NCBI GenBank assembly: GCA_001661245.1
Contig: KV454012.1
Location: 2,034,418-2,098,417 of the forward strand
Reading direction: 5' to 3'
Source: Pachysolen tannophilus NRRL Y-2460
Lineage: Eukaryota
DNA length: 64,000 nt
Shown here: positions 1 to 10,271 of the stretch, piece after piece
Position numbering within the stretch: the first letter of the stretch is position 1
How the letters are laid out: each line of letters begins with the position of its first letter
The notes under the pieces: generated by a model
Databases searched by the model: none
What the model was told of the DNA's origin: nothing
Seen by the model: the letters and a program-made list of their open reading frames with translations, nothing else
Program-made: the position numbers and the translations under genes

Positions 1-993
1 GATTTATATAATGGGAAATCAATAAGATTAGGTCTAAATAAGCAAGTAAGGTGTGAGATTTGCGGAGGTAAAGGTGCATCACTGGAAAATATTAAAAAAT
101 GTTTCCAGTGTGATGGAAGAGGAATTCAAGTAATTGAGAGATCAATGGGGATGATGGTTCAACGAGTTAGATCAACTTGTGAACGGTGTCGTGGTTCTGG
201 AGAATTTGTTTCACCAAAGGATAGATGTTCTAAATGTAATGGGGGTGGATATTATGATACAAGGAAAATTTTATCTATAGATATTCGTCCAGGCACTAAA
301 GATGGCGAGTCAATCGTTTTGAAAAATGAAGCAGATGAAGGTCCAAATATCATACCAGGTGACGTTATAATAACTATACATCAAAAAATTCATCATTTTT
401 TTGAAAGAAAAGATGATGATTTATATGGTGTTGTTGATATTGATTTATTAACAGCTCTTTGTGGTGGTTCTGTTATGGTGAAGTATTTCAATAATAAGTT
501 AATAAAAATTGATATCTTAAAAGGTGAAATCATTAAACCAGGAGATGTAAAAGTTATAAAAAATTATGGTATGCCTCGCTATTATAATAATGGGAAATTT
601 AGTGAAGGTATTATAGGTTATGGTGATTTATTCATCAAATTTAATATTATATTCCCACAGCCAAATGAATTGACCGATCAAAATTATCAAACATTAGAAA
701 AAGCATTACCAATGAGACCCTCAGTGAACATTCTGCAAGCTACAAAAAACAGCAACAATATTAATGGAAGTAATACAAATAAAGATGGGACTACAACTGA
801 TAGTAACGGTGGTATTCAAAACTGTAGCGTTGATGAAGTTGTCTTATCAGATTTGGATTCCGCAAGATATGTAGATAATAGTGTTTTTGATAATGGCAAT
901 TTTCTTGGAAAGAAGAAGCGTCGTCGTGGATATTTTGGTAACAACGTTGATGCTGAAGATTTTGATGGGGACGACAGGATTCGTTCCGCTTGA
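1..993 (+). CDS. APJ1: Type I DnaJ/Hsp40 co-chaperone (Apj1-like), 5' part outside window
   Basis: Frame is open from base 1. Four CxxCxGxG zinc-finger repeats (CEICGGKG, CFQCDGRG, CERCRGSG, CSKCNGGG) and a DnaJ C-terminal domain (PGDVI, GMP, GDLFIKF). No C-terminal CaaX box, and a basic KKKRRR motif, which favours Apj1 over Ydj1/Xdj1. Confidence 0.7.
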   Translation, partial: DLYNGKSIRLGLNKQVRCEICGGKGASLENIKKCFQCDGRGIQVIERSMGMMVQRVRSTCERCRGSGEFVSPKDRCSKCNGGGYYDTRKILSIDIRPGTKDGESIVLKNEADEGPNIIPGDVIITIHQKIHHFFERKDDDLYGVVDIDLLTALCGGSVMVKYFNNKLIKIDILKGEIIKPGDVKVIKNYGMPRYYNNGKFSEGIIGYGDLFIKFNIIFPQPNELTDQNYQTLEKALPMRPSVNILQATKNSNNINGSNTNKDGTTTDSNGGIQNCSVDEVVLSDLDSARYVDNSVFDNGNFLGKKKRRRGYFGNNVDAEDFDGDDRIRSA

Positions 994-2323
994 GAAAAAA
1001 AAAAAGGGAAAAAGAAAAGTTTTAGTATTAATTAATAAATTAAGTCAATAATTCCATAGAACAATAGATCTAGCTGAAGAAAAAAAAAAACTAAAAGTAT
1101 TATAAGAAACTCTCATCAAAAAGATACGAAAATATTAGGAAACATAGGGAAAACGGGGGTATTAATCATAGGTAAATTATAAAATAAATCAGGTTGGTTG
1201 ATTTTAAGATTTTTTTAACTTTTTTTAACTTTTTTTTTTTTTTTTTTGTTTTTCTTTTTGTGGTCCAAATTGCAGTTGGGTTTGGTCTGTTTTGCTTATA
1301 ATATATATTAATTAAACATAATCAAATATGTCTAGTTGAAAATATGTATATATTGCGTCCATATTCGTTAAAGGTAAAATTTTAATTTGCTGGAAAACCC
1401 TTTTTTTTCAGCCTTCGGCAATATCGCGCTTACTTCCATCTGCATCAAATTATTAAATAAACGAATTTTTCATGCATTTTTTGTAAAAAACTAATTTTTA
1501 GAGACAAACTTTAGACGAAATTTGAAGCAAATAGAAATTAAAAAAGTATCTTGAAAAGTTGAAAATGAAAAAAAATGCAATAGCCGTTATATGGATTATG
1601 TGGCTTATGCTAGACAACCAATAATTCAAGTAAGACTTTTCTTTTTTTGGTTTTTTTGCTTTAAGCAAAAAAGGATCAGCGCGACAATCTTCAATTTCTT
1701 TAGATTTTCTTTGCTTTAAACTTAGCTAGCCAACTCAACGTCGATTGAAATTAATGAAAATAATAAAAAATGGTTCGACTGTATGGAACCGAAGAGATTT
1801 AAAAAGAAAAAAAATTGAATTTAAAAATTTTGGATTGGGGGATAATTCAGTAACAATAAAGCATGCGGATTTCTGTCAAATCTAATTGCCCTGTACTGAG
1901 CTTTTATTTTACCTGCATATTTAATATGGATTCATGAGGCTCGAATCTTGAATAAAATTTTAAACCTATTTTAAACTAATGCTTCTCGAGCAGTTTTTTT
2001 TTATTTTTTTTTTATTTTTTTTGTTTCCCTCTTTTTGTTGCAAACTTATATTATCATTTTGACATATCGGACCAATCAGCTTTAGTTTGGTTACCGTCTA
2101 AGGGAGAGTTTTATTTTTATTTTTTTTTCCTAGAGGAAGTATATGGAAATTTTTTTCAGTAATACAGTAGGTAGTTGGGGCCCTAAAAGGAAATTTAATT
2201 CGAAGCAGAAAAAAAAAAGCTTGAAAATGCCAACCGGAATCTGCGGACTTCTGCAAGTTTAAAGACAAAGTGTAATGTAATGTAGGAAAACAAAATTTTT
2301 TTAAAAACAAGAAAGTACAATAA

Positions 2324-2343
2324 TTATCAGATTAATCAGATCT
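2324..2343. promoter_or_regulatory. Iron-responsive GATA repressor site (ATCTGATAA on minus strand) plus overlapping ATCAGAT copies
   Basis: ttatcagat at 2324-2332 is the reverse complement of ATCTGATAA, the SreA/Fep1-type ATCWGATAA consensus. It lies about 230 bp upstream of a ferric reductase, with a CCAAT box at about 2072 and TATAAAA at about 2434. Confidence 0.55.
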
Positions 2344-2559
2344 TTCAATCAAAATTTTTGCAAACCAACCAGTCAAGTATTTTCTTTTCACAAAGCCTTC
2401 CCGTTTTCTATTGAACATGCAAATAATTTGAGCTATAAAAGATATATATTCCCCAGTATATTGTAAAAAGTTATAGTTTAATAAACTTATAAAGAATTTA
2501 AAAATTGGAAATCTGTCCTCGAGAAATATAGTAAAATTTTTCTTGTTTAAGCTTGAAGA

Positions 2560-4788
2560 ATGAAGAGGTTTTACAATTCAGAAAATGGAACACGTAGTTT
2601 CTCTGAAGCATTAAAGTGCATCCTTGTTACTGTTTTATTGTTTTCTGGGGTCGTTAGATCAGAAGCAAAACTTGATATTCCAGGTGTTATTCTTGTATAT
2701 GCATGTGAAGCTGCTTGTGAAGATTATTTGTTTGGAGTTGATGCTACAACAGATTATTATACTGAAATTTGTACTTATCCACCTGCTGTTGGAACAATTT
2801 TATACTGTATTAACAACTATACTGATTCAGAAACATGGATTAAGGAAGCATATACTAGTATGATACAAACCTGTGAAGGGGTATATGAATATAACGATAC
2901 CTCGCTAGAGGAGGTATACGAAAATGCAACTGAATATATTGAAAGTTATACCGATATTGCTAACATTTCTACTGATACCATTTATACTCCTTTGACTGTT
3001 GATATGACTTATGTTGATGAAGTTTTCAAAGGTTACAGTGGGATGTACGATAATTATGATATGAGTCAATACTTTGGTGCTCTCGTTATATGTTATTGGG
3101 GTTTTGTTATGTTAATTGCTTCTTTATTTAACTTACTGAAAAGAATTGGAATCGCTGAGAAGCTTCACGGTAAATACATCAATTTCATTAGAAAGAATAT
3201 CACCATACCTTCAGTTTGTGAAAAACATACAAAATTCGTTGGTGGTAACATTAAATTCTTGAAAATGTTCAGTGCAATGTTCCCAATGAGAGTTGATATT
3301 GTAATTTTAACTGGTTATTTAATCATTACAATTGTGATTTTAGCTGTCAGATATAGATATGACCCTTACAATGTTATTGAGTCAACACATGGTCTTCAAG
3401 TTGCTAGACTTCTAGCTGATAGAGCTGGTATTATTGCAATCTGTCATGTTCCATTAATTATTGTTTTTGGTACAAGAAACAACTTATTACTTTTAGTTAC
3501 CGGTTTTACACAATCAAATTTTATCTTATTTCATAAATGGATTGGTAGAGTAATGTTCTTTAATGCAGTTATTCATGGGTGTGCATATACAAATTATTGT
3601 ATTGTTTATGGAAGTTATGCTGATTCAGATACTCACGACACCTATTTTAGGTACGGTATGACTGCATTGGTTGCTCTGGGTTTAATAATGGCGCAATCTT
3701 TCCATTTCTGGAGAAGGTACACCTATGAGATTTTCCTTTATGGACATATCATTCTTTCAGCTGTTTTCATTGTCGGCTGCTGGCATCATTGTAGTATTCT
3801 TGGATGGATGTCTTGGATTTATTCTGCAATTGCTCTTTGGGCTTTAGATGGATTTCTCAGACTTGTTAGAGTTTTGTGCTTTGGATTTCCAAAAGCTAGA
3901 ATTGAAGCTATATCTGATGATACTTTAAAGATTACTGTTAATAGACCAAAGACCAGTTTTTTCTGGAGTCCAAGCCCAGGTCAATTTGTTTACGTTTATT
4001 TCTTAAGACCTACAATGTTTTGGGAATCACATCCTTTTACAATTACAGAATCTATCATGAACGAAAAAGAATTATTATTTTTTGTTAAGGCTAAGAAGGG
4101 TGCAACCAAGAGATTATACAATTACATTTCTAAAAAAGAAGGTAAATTAGATCTTAATACAAGAATCAGCATGGAAGGTCCATATGGTGATTCTGCTCCT
4201 ATTTCGAATTATGATAACATTATTTTATATGCCGGAGGAAATGGTATCACTAGTCCTTTTGATCATGCCTTTAAATTATCTAGAAAAGAAGGTAAACAAA
4301 ATCAATTTATCAAATTATATTGGGTTGTACAAAATTTGGAAGCAATGGAATGGTTTTATGAACAATTATCCTTATTGAAAGATACTAAAGTTTCTATTGA
4401 GGTTTATCTTACTAGAATGGTTGAATTACCAACAACATCGGAAAGCAAAAGTATTACTTCTACCTCTGATGATAACGATAAAGACAAGGTCAATAACGAG
4501 AAGGTAAAATCTAAAGAATGTTCAGATTCAGATAATGATGTTCTTGCAGAACAATCCATTAATTACTTGAAAATGTACCAAGATCTTTCCTCGTTTGTTA
4601 CTTTTAAATTGGGAAGACCTGATATGGCATCCTTGATGGAAAAAGATTTCGCTGAATATCATGGCTCAAAAGCAGTCTTGGCATGTGGCCCACCAGACTT
4701 ATGTGACATTATTAGAAAACTTACTGCCCTCAATTTAGACAAAAGTGATGGGAGAGTTGATTTATTTGAAGAATTACAAATTTGGTAA
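2560..4788 (+). CDS. Ferric/cupric reductase (FRE family)
   Basis: Signal peptide, Cys-rich N-terminal domain, heme-binding TM His residues (FHKWIGR, HGCAY, GHIILS, WHH), FAD motif HPFT, NADPH motifs EGPYG, AGGNGIT and CGP, and C-terminal EELQIW. Confidence 0.93.
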   Translation: MKRFYNSENGTRSFSEALKCILVTVLLFSGVVRSEAKLDIPGVILVYACEAACEDYLFGVDATTDYYTEICTYPPAVGTILYCINNYTDSETWIKEAYTSMIQTCEGVYEYNDTSLEEVYENATEYIESYTDIANISTDTIYTPLTVDMTYVDEVFKGYSGMYDNYDMSQYFGALVICYWGFVMLIASLFNLLKRIGIAEKLHGKYINFIRKNITIPSVCEKHTKFVGGNIKFLKMFSAMFPMRVDIVILTGYLIITIVILAVRYRYDPYNVIESTHGLQVARLLADRAGIIAICHVPLIIVFGTRNNLLLLVTGFTQSNFILFHKWIGRVMFFNAVIHGCAYTNYCIVYGSYADSDTHDTYFRYGMTALVALGLIMAQSFHFWRRYTYEIFLYGHIILSAVFIVGCWHHCSILGWMSWIYSAIALWALDGFLRLVRVLCFGFPKARIEAISDDTLKITVNRPKTSFFWSPSPGQFVYVYFLRPTMFWESHPFTITESIMNEKELLFFVKAKKGATKRLYNYISKKEGKLDLNTRISMEGPYGDSAPISNYDNIILYAGGNGITSPFDHAFKLSRKEGKQNQFIKLYWVVQNLEAMEWFYEQLSLLKDTKVSIEVYLTRMVELPTTSESKSITSTSDDNDKDKVNNEKVKSKECSDSDNDVLAEQSINYLKMYQDLSSFVTFKLGRPDMASLMEKDFAEYHGSKAVLACGPPDLCDIIRKLTALNLDKSDGRVDLFEELQIW

Positions 4789-5324
4789 AGGATCAATTAT
4801 TGCTTTTTTTTTTAATTTTTTTAGGGGGAACACACTTATCAAGTTTTATTGGACTTACTTTTTTTCACTTTATATTACTTTATTTTATTTTAATTTATTC
4901 TATTCTAACTATTAGCTTATTTATATCAATTTATATATATATATATATACGTTTTCTCTTTTTTGGACTCTTAACTTTGCACTAAAGACGCATATTAAAA
5001 GTTTTTATGCATTTTATGTGCATAACTTTACATGTAGATAATTTTGAAGGAAAAAAAAAAAAAAAAAGAAAATAAAAAGTACCGCATTTTAACAACACAC
5101 TTGCGTGCTATTTAATAAGCAATTAAGACGCATATAGCAAAGAGTATGCGTACGCATTTTAATTTTTGATTTGCGCTCTATTTTGCGTGCTAGATAGTAA
5201 GTATAATTTTTCATATATATAGTATAGTAAAATTTTTCACACATAAAGAAAGGTTCTTTTATCTAAGTTTTTTTTTATTTCATTAGCTGTAGTTGAAGCT
5301 ATAGTTTATGAATAGAAGAAGATC

Positions 5325-5939
5325 ATGTTTTCAGGTTCTTTTAGGTCTGAGAGTTCAAAATTGCAGTCACAAAATGCAATAAATAAGTTAATATCGAATT
5401 ATTTACCTGGTTCGGAACAGATTGCATCAAGTAATTCAAGTAAAAAATTAAATAAGATAAAACTTATAAAATCGGGTGCTCAGCTGATAAATAATAATCT
5501 GGTGAATCATAAATTTAATGAAAAGAATGAAGCTTTTAGAAGGAAATCACAGAAAAAGGAGAAATTAGTGAAAAGAAAGAAAGTTAAATCCATTTCAGAA
5601 GAAACTTTAAAATTAAACAGGGTAGCTAAAATAAATAAATTAAAATCAGAAAAAAATTATAAAGACAAAGAATTAGTAGAAGTATTAGACAAAAAAGTTG
5701 AAATTTTGAAATCATGGGAATTATCTAATGAAAATGAATTGAAGGCATTAGAGCTGGAAATATTATCTATAAAGCAAAAAGAACAAAATAAGAGAAAGAA
5801 GACAAGGGCTAGAAGACAAGAGAAAAGCGAGTTTAACGAAAAGGTGAAAAAGGGTATTATTTCTTATCCTGGATTGACTCCAGGGTTGGCACCAGTTGGG
5901 TTACTGGATGAAGATGAAGATGAGGAATCGGATTACTAG
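5325..5939 (+). CDS. RRT14: Regulator of rDNA transcription 14
   Basis: Lys-rich protein ending in the conserved YPGLTPGLAPVGLxDE-acidic motif. Convergent with MET18, as in S. cerevisiae (YIL127C/YIL128W). RRPE-like aaatttttca at about 5230. Confidence 0.88.
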   Translation: MFSGSFRSESSKLQSQNAINKLISNYLPGSEQIASSNSSKKLNKIKLIKSGAQLINNNLVNHKFNEKNEAFRRKSQKKEKLVKRKKVKSISEETLKLNRVAKINKLKSEKNYKDKELVEVLDKKVEILKSWELSNENELKALELEILSIKQKEQNKRKKTRARRQEKSEFNEKVKKGIISYPGLTPGLAPVGLLDEDEDEESDY

Positions 5940-6014
5940 GTGCAGATTACTACATATGATAATATTTTTTTAATAAATCTGCTTAATTTAAATAAATAAA
6001 ATTTTGTTCATAAT

Positions 6015-9000
6015 TTAAGCCAAATCATAATAAATTTGTCTACAATCAGAGGCAATTTTTCTAACAATTCTCTTTCTATCATCCAACACAGGAATTAAAT
6101 TTCGAAGAATTCCACTTTTAAAATCTGCCAATGTGGCAGAGTCAACAACTTCTGGTAATTTCATTAAACATTGTAAACAATATACCTTGATATCACCATC
6201 ATTAGTGGAATTGATTAATTCTAAAAATCTTGGAACAAAACGTTTAATATTTTCAAGTATTAATTTTTTCGATGATGATTCATCTTTCAATGTAATCAAG
6301 ATAATCTTCAACGATGATTTGATGATTGTTTTGTCAGATTCTGAATTCGGTTCATAATATAATGAACTTACTAACAGAGGAAAAATTGTTGGTAAATGAG
6401 GTAAAATTATTGAATCATCATCAACGTATTTCAAAATTAATGACAATGTAGCGACATAATTTTTTTTCAAAATTGCAGATGGTGTTGAATTGAAACTTGC
6501 AATTAGTTTAGGGATTATATCATTGAAAAATTTTTGTTTGAATAATAAATTTATATTAATATTGAATATGATTTTTTTGTTTAGTCCAAAAGAATTTTTG
6601 ACAGATTTCTTATAAGCATTGAAAATTTCAGATTTAGAAACTAATACTTCAATTAATTTAGAAGAAACAGATGAGAACCTATTGAAATCTAATAACTTGA
6701 TTAAATACTCTCGGTAATTATCTGAAGATGAATCATTCTTCAAAATTAAAGCTTTTGTTATCCATGCCAAGACTTCCAAATTTTTCAAATCTTTATTACT
6801 CAACACAGCTGTGCTATTTAACTCAATTGGCTCAGTTAGTTCATTAAATAATAAACTTAAAAATTCATGTTCTTCATTTGTGTTAGCTAAATATTTATCG
6901 ATAACCAAACATAGATTCTGTAAGTATCCTAATCTCTCGTAATCTTCATGAATTATAACATCTAATTGACACATCTTAATCAAATCTCGGATATACTCAT
7001 GTATATCAACCGGTAATTTTGTTGTGGACTTATCAACGGCTGACAACAATTTTATAAATAAATTAACCAAGTTTGAAGGTTGTTCCAACAATTTAATTTG
7101 ATAATTTAATGGTCTTGTCAATAAAATCTCAGAAGACGACGAGTCTCCATATACAAAAATTTTAAATAGGCTATCAACTATTACTTGATGTTTTGAGGAA
7201 TTGGTATTGATTACGATCAATTTTGCGAGTTTGGATGAAACTTCAAGCAAACCGTAATTTTCTTTTGAATGGAAGATATCGTTCTGTAAAATTAAATACA
7301 AAAATTGAGGCAAAAACGTTTTTAAATAATTATCGATTTCTAATTGTTGATTATGATTTTCCATAGTTTTAGAAGTTTTAGTTAAAATCTCAATCATTGT
7401 TAATATTAAGTATTTAATATATTCTATGCTTGAGTTATTCGACAACAATGTATTCAATTTATGCAACAATCTAATCATCAAGACATCTAATATCTCTTTA
7501 TTTTCAACCATTGAAGATAAAATTTTCAAAAGGCTTTCCTTTGATTTAACAGTACTATGATTGTCAACTTTTAAAGATATTTCTCCTTCCTTTTGAATTT
7601 CATTAGAGTCACTATCGGGCAATAATGCCAATAATTGAGGAACAGTTATTTCCAATATTAACTTTGGCTCTATAGATGAGACTGAAACAATTTTTTCTAA
7701 TACTTCCTTAAACGTAGTAGGATTTGTGTCATCTATGAGAACTTCTGTAAAATATTGTACTATTAAGTTCAGTTCTTGGTAACTTAAAAAATCTTTCATT
7801 TTCACTAATTTAAATAAATTAGAAATGGCTAAACATCTCAACGTAACTTCATTCTTAGAGGATGACATTAAAGATTTACTTAGCAACATAAAGATATCAT
7901 CTTTGTGTTTCAATATTTCTAAATTGTTTGGAAACTGATGATTCTGAGATAGTTTAGTATATGAATAGAGAAAAAATGACAAATTAATAATTAAAGCTCT
8001 TTGCTTTGGTACACTGACTCCTTCTTTTATACAAAGAAGAATAATGGGGAAACTTTTTGCGACAGTTAAGTTAAATATTTTTATCGAAGTTGATGACATG
8101 CTTGCTAGTATTAAAGCCGATTGTTTAGAATATTTAGCATCAGGAGCAGTCAAATTCTTAATCAACTCGTCTATGATCAACTCTATTGTGACGTATTCTT
8201 CAATTCCATCGTCATTAGATGTTACTTTGACCGTTAGTTGCTCTATTAATTTTAAACTAAGCGGTATAATTTTATCTTCATCATTCGATGAGTTTTCATA
8301 ATTTTTAATTAAATCCTCATAACTTTGCAAATCTGATAATTCATTGTGTAAAATTTCAAATTTTATAGCATTCCATAAAGAAATAGAATATTCTTTAACA
8401 GTTTTCACATTATAATTTTGAATACATGCTATTAAATTATTTAAAGCGTCTGCTTTTACCAAAGGTGAAGATGAAGTCAACTTTTGAGTCAAATTTGGAA
8501 TTGAATCTTTAGCAAAAATCGAGTTGCAACTCAAGATTTTCCGCAATGCCGACTTTAATTCATCACTAGTTATCTTGTATGGATCATTTGGTGGAGGTTT
8601 AAATGATATTGGAAAATAACAAAAACTATTATCAAATAATTCTTCTGAATATTTGTTAATATCCAATGAAGTTGATATTTTATAATTTAATTCAAAAGAA
8701 ATTAATAAATTTCTGGGATCTTTCTCTGAGGTGGATACTTTAATGAATGTTTCAATAAATAAATTGTTTAAATTTGACAAAATAAAATTTTCAAACTTAT
8801 TAAATAAATTTAACAATATACCAAATGCAACATATCTTTGTTTTGCTAAAAGTTGTCTGGAATCATAGTTTTCTTTTAAAGTTGATAATAAATCTGCTAT
8901 CACTTCTGTTGATTTAAAATTATTCATTAATATTAAAGAAAGAATTCCAACAGAAGCCTCATTAAAATTATCAGATAACCTATTAATTAAAAACCCCATT

Positions 9001-9275
9001 AAAAAAAAGGAATCTTTCATTGCTAACTTGTTGCTTGGCAACTTATCCAAAATTAAAGATATCAACAATACCGACTTTGATCTCATTAACTCATTGTCCT
9101 GTGTTAAAAATTTACCTATATTTTGAACAAACTGTAATAAAGTTAATTTATCATCAATAATTAAGGTTGACAAATCGATAATAATTTGTTCATTGGAATT
9201 ATTTATATCAATTATATATTGATTAATTAGCGACTGGACTTCTTCCTCAATATTATTATCCTTATTCTGTCCCAT
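6015..9275 (-). CDS. MET18: MMS19/Met18, HEAT-repeat cytosolic Fe-S targeting complex subunit
   Basis: Motifs EKDPRNLL, CYFPISFKPPPNDPYKIT and C-terminal LDDRKRIVRK. First ATG is at 9275; the ORF track starts at a TTG. Confidence 0.93.
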   Translation of the reverse strand: MGQNKDNNIEEEVQSLINQYIIDINNSNEQIIIDLSTLIIDDKLTLLQFVQNIGKFLTQDNELMRSKSVLLISLILDKLPSNKLAMKDSFFLMGFLINRLSDNFNEASVGILSLILMNNFKSTEVIADLLSTLKENYDSRQLLAKQRYVAFGILLNLFNKFENFILSNLNNLFIETFIKVSTSEKDPRNLLISFELNYKISTSLDINKYSEELFDNSFCYFPISFKPPPNDPYKITSDELKSALRKILSCNSIFAKDSIPNLTQKLTSSSPLVKADALNNLIACIQNYNVKTVKEYSISLWNAIKFEILHNELSDLQSYEDLIKNYENSSNDEDKIIPLSLKLIEQLTVKVTSNDDGIEEYVTIELIIDELIKNLTAPDAKYSKQSALILASMSSTSIKIFNLTVAKSFPIILLCIKEGVSVPKQRALIINLSFFLYSYTKLSQNHQFPNNLEILKHKDDIFMLLSKSLMSSSKNEVTLRCLAISNLFKLVKMKDFLSYQELNLIVQYFTEVLIDDTNPTTFKEVLEKIVSVSSIEPKLILEITVPQLLALLPDSDSNEIQKEGEISLKVDNHSTVKSKESLLKILSSMVENKEILDVLMIRLLHKLNTLLSNNSSIEYIKYLILTMIEILTKTSKTMENHNQQLEIDNYLKTFLPQFLYLILQNDIFHSKENYGLLEVSSKLAKLIVINTNSSKHQVIVDSLFKIFVYGDSSSSEILLTRPLNYQIKLLEQPSNLVNLFIKLLSAVDKSTTKLPVDIHEYIRDLIKMCQLDVIIHEDYERLGYLQNLCLVIDKYLANTNEEHEFLSLLFNELTEPIELNSTAVLSNKDLKNLEVLAWITKALILKNDSSSDNYREYLIKLLDFNRFSSVSSKLIEVLVSKSEIFNAYKKSVKNSFGLNKKIIFNININLLFKQKFFNDIIPKLIASFNSTPSAILKKNYVATLSLILKYVDDDSIILPHLPTIFPLLVSSLYYEPNSESDKTIIKSSLKIILITLKDESSSKKLILENIKRFVPRFLELINSTNDGDIKVYCLQCLMKLPEVVDSATLADFKSGILRNLIPVLDDRKRIVRKIASDCRQIYYDLA

Positions 9276-10271
9276 GATCTCTATGCTCTTCAACACTGAT
9301 AAAGGTGAATAATTTAACCTATATGGTGTTTATCTTTGAAAGCTTGGAAATCATCATGAATTCATAATAATGTCCAAAAAAGGACCGAAAAATCGATTTT
9401 GCAAAATTATTTCATCAGCCACAGATAAGTCTTTCATCAGCCACAAAAAACAAAAGTAATAAAATTTCCTCTTTTGGAAGTTTTAAAATATAAATGTGGC
9501 TAGTTTTTTTTTCTTCTGTTGATGTAATTTTTTACATGTATAAAAAATAGTATGGGAAAAGACCATTTAACTACCATTCACTTACAATCCGGTTTTTGAT
9601 ATGGATGGAACTTTTCTGGAAGCTCAAGTGGTTTTATTCTCCCTTTTCTAAATTCGGCTTTTTTTGATCTATTTTGTTTGTTTATGCGACTTATAGTTTA
9701 ATATCAAGCTTAGATACTTTCAAAGACTTTGAAAGACTATATGCATTCACTACCTGCAGCTTAGATCTTTCGTAAAGTTATTTTTTTCACATTTTTTTAG
9801 TCAGTTGTAATGCAAATCTATCCCGAACTTACATGTTAACTTGTAGCTAGCTTAATTGAGATTTGAATTTAAAAAGAAACAGTAAATGAAGAGATTTTTT
9901 TCTACTATGATAAAGTGAGTCTCATTTATGACTTTAGTGGAAATTAAATTTTTCCTTCAAGAGATAAAACCTTAAAACTAAATTGTATCTATTTTTTAAA
10001 GAGAGTTTTCATTTCTAGATTGATCACTTTTATTTTAATTTTTATTCAATTCATTTTTTTTTTTTTTTCTTTTTATACTGTTTTTTATAATAGTGACATA
10101 AAATATTATATTTAGGGTCTTAATTAAATAAGAACCAACAAAATCGTTTCTTGAATACAGAAAATCATTCAACTTCTAACTTTGAAAACGAAAAACAAAA
10201 CAAAAAAAACAAATAATTAACTCCAAGTAGATCATGAAACAAGTAAATAATGGCCAATGGCCATTGACAGG

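Noticed and set aside
5904..5906. CTG at a Ser-aligned site in RRT14, suggesting the CUG-Ser code
   Set aside because: A single weakly constrained site, outweighed by invariant Ala positions in Msp1 and Tom22. Ser/Ala exchange is common.
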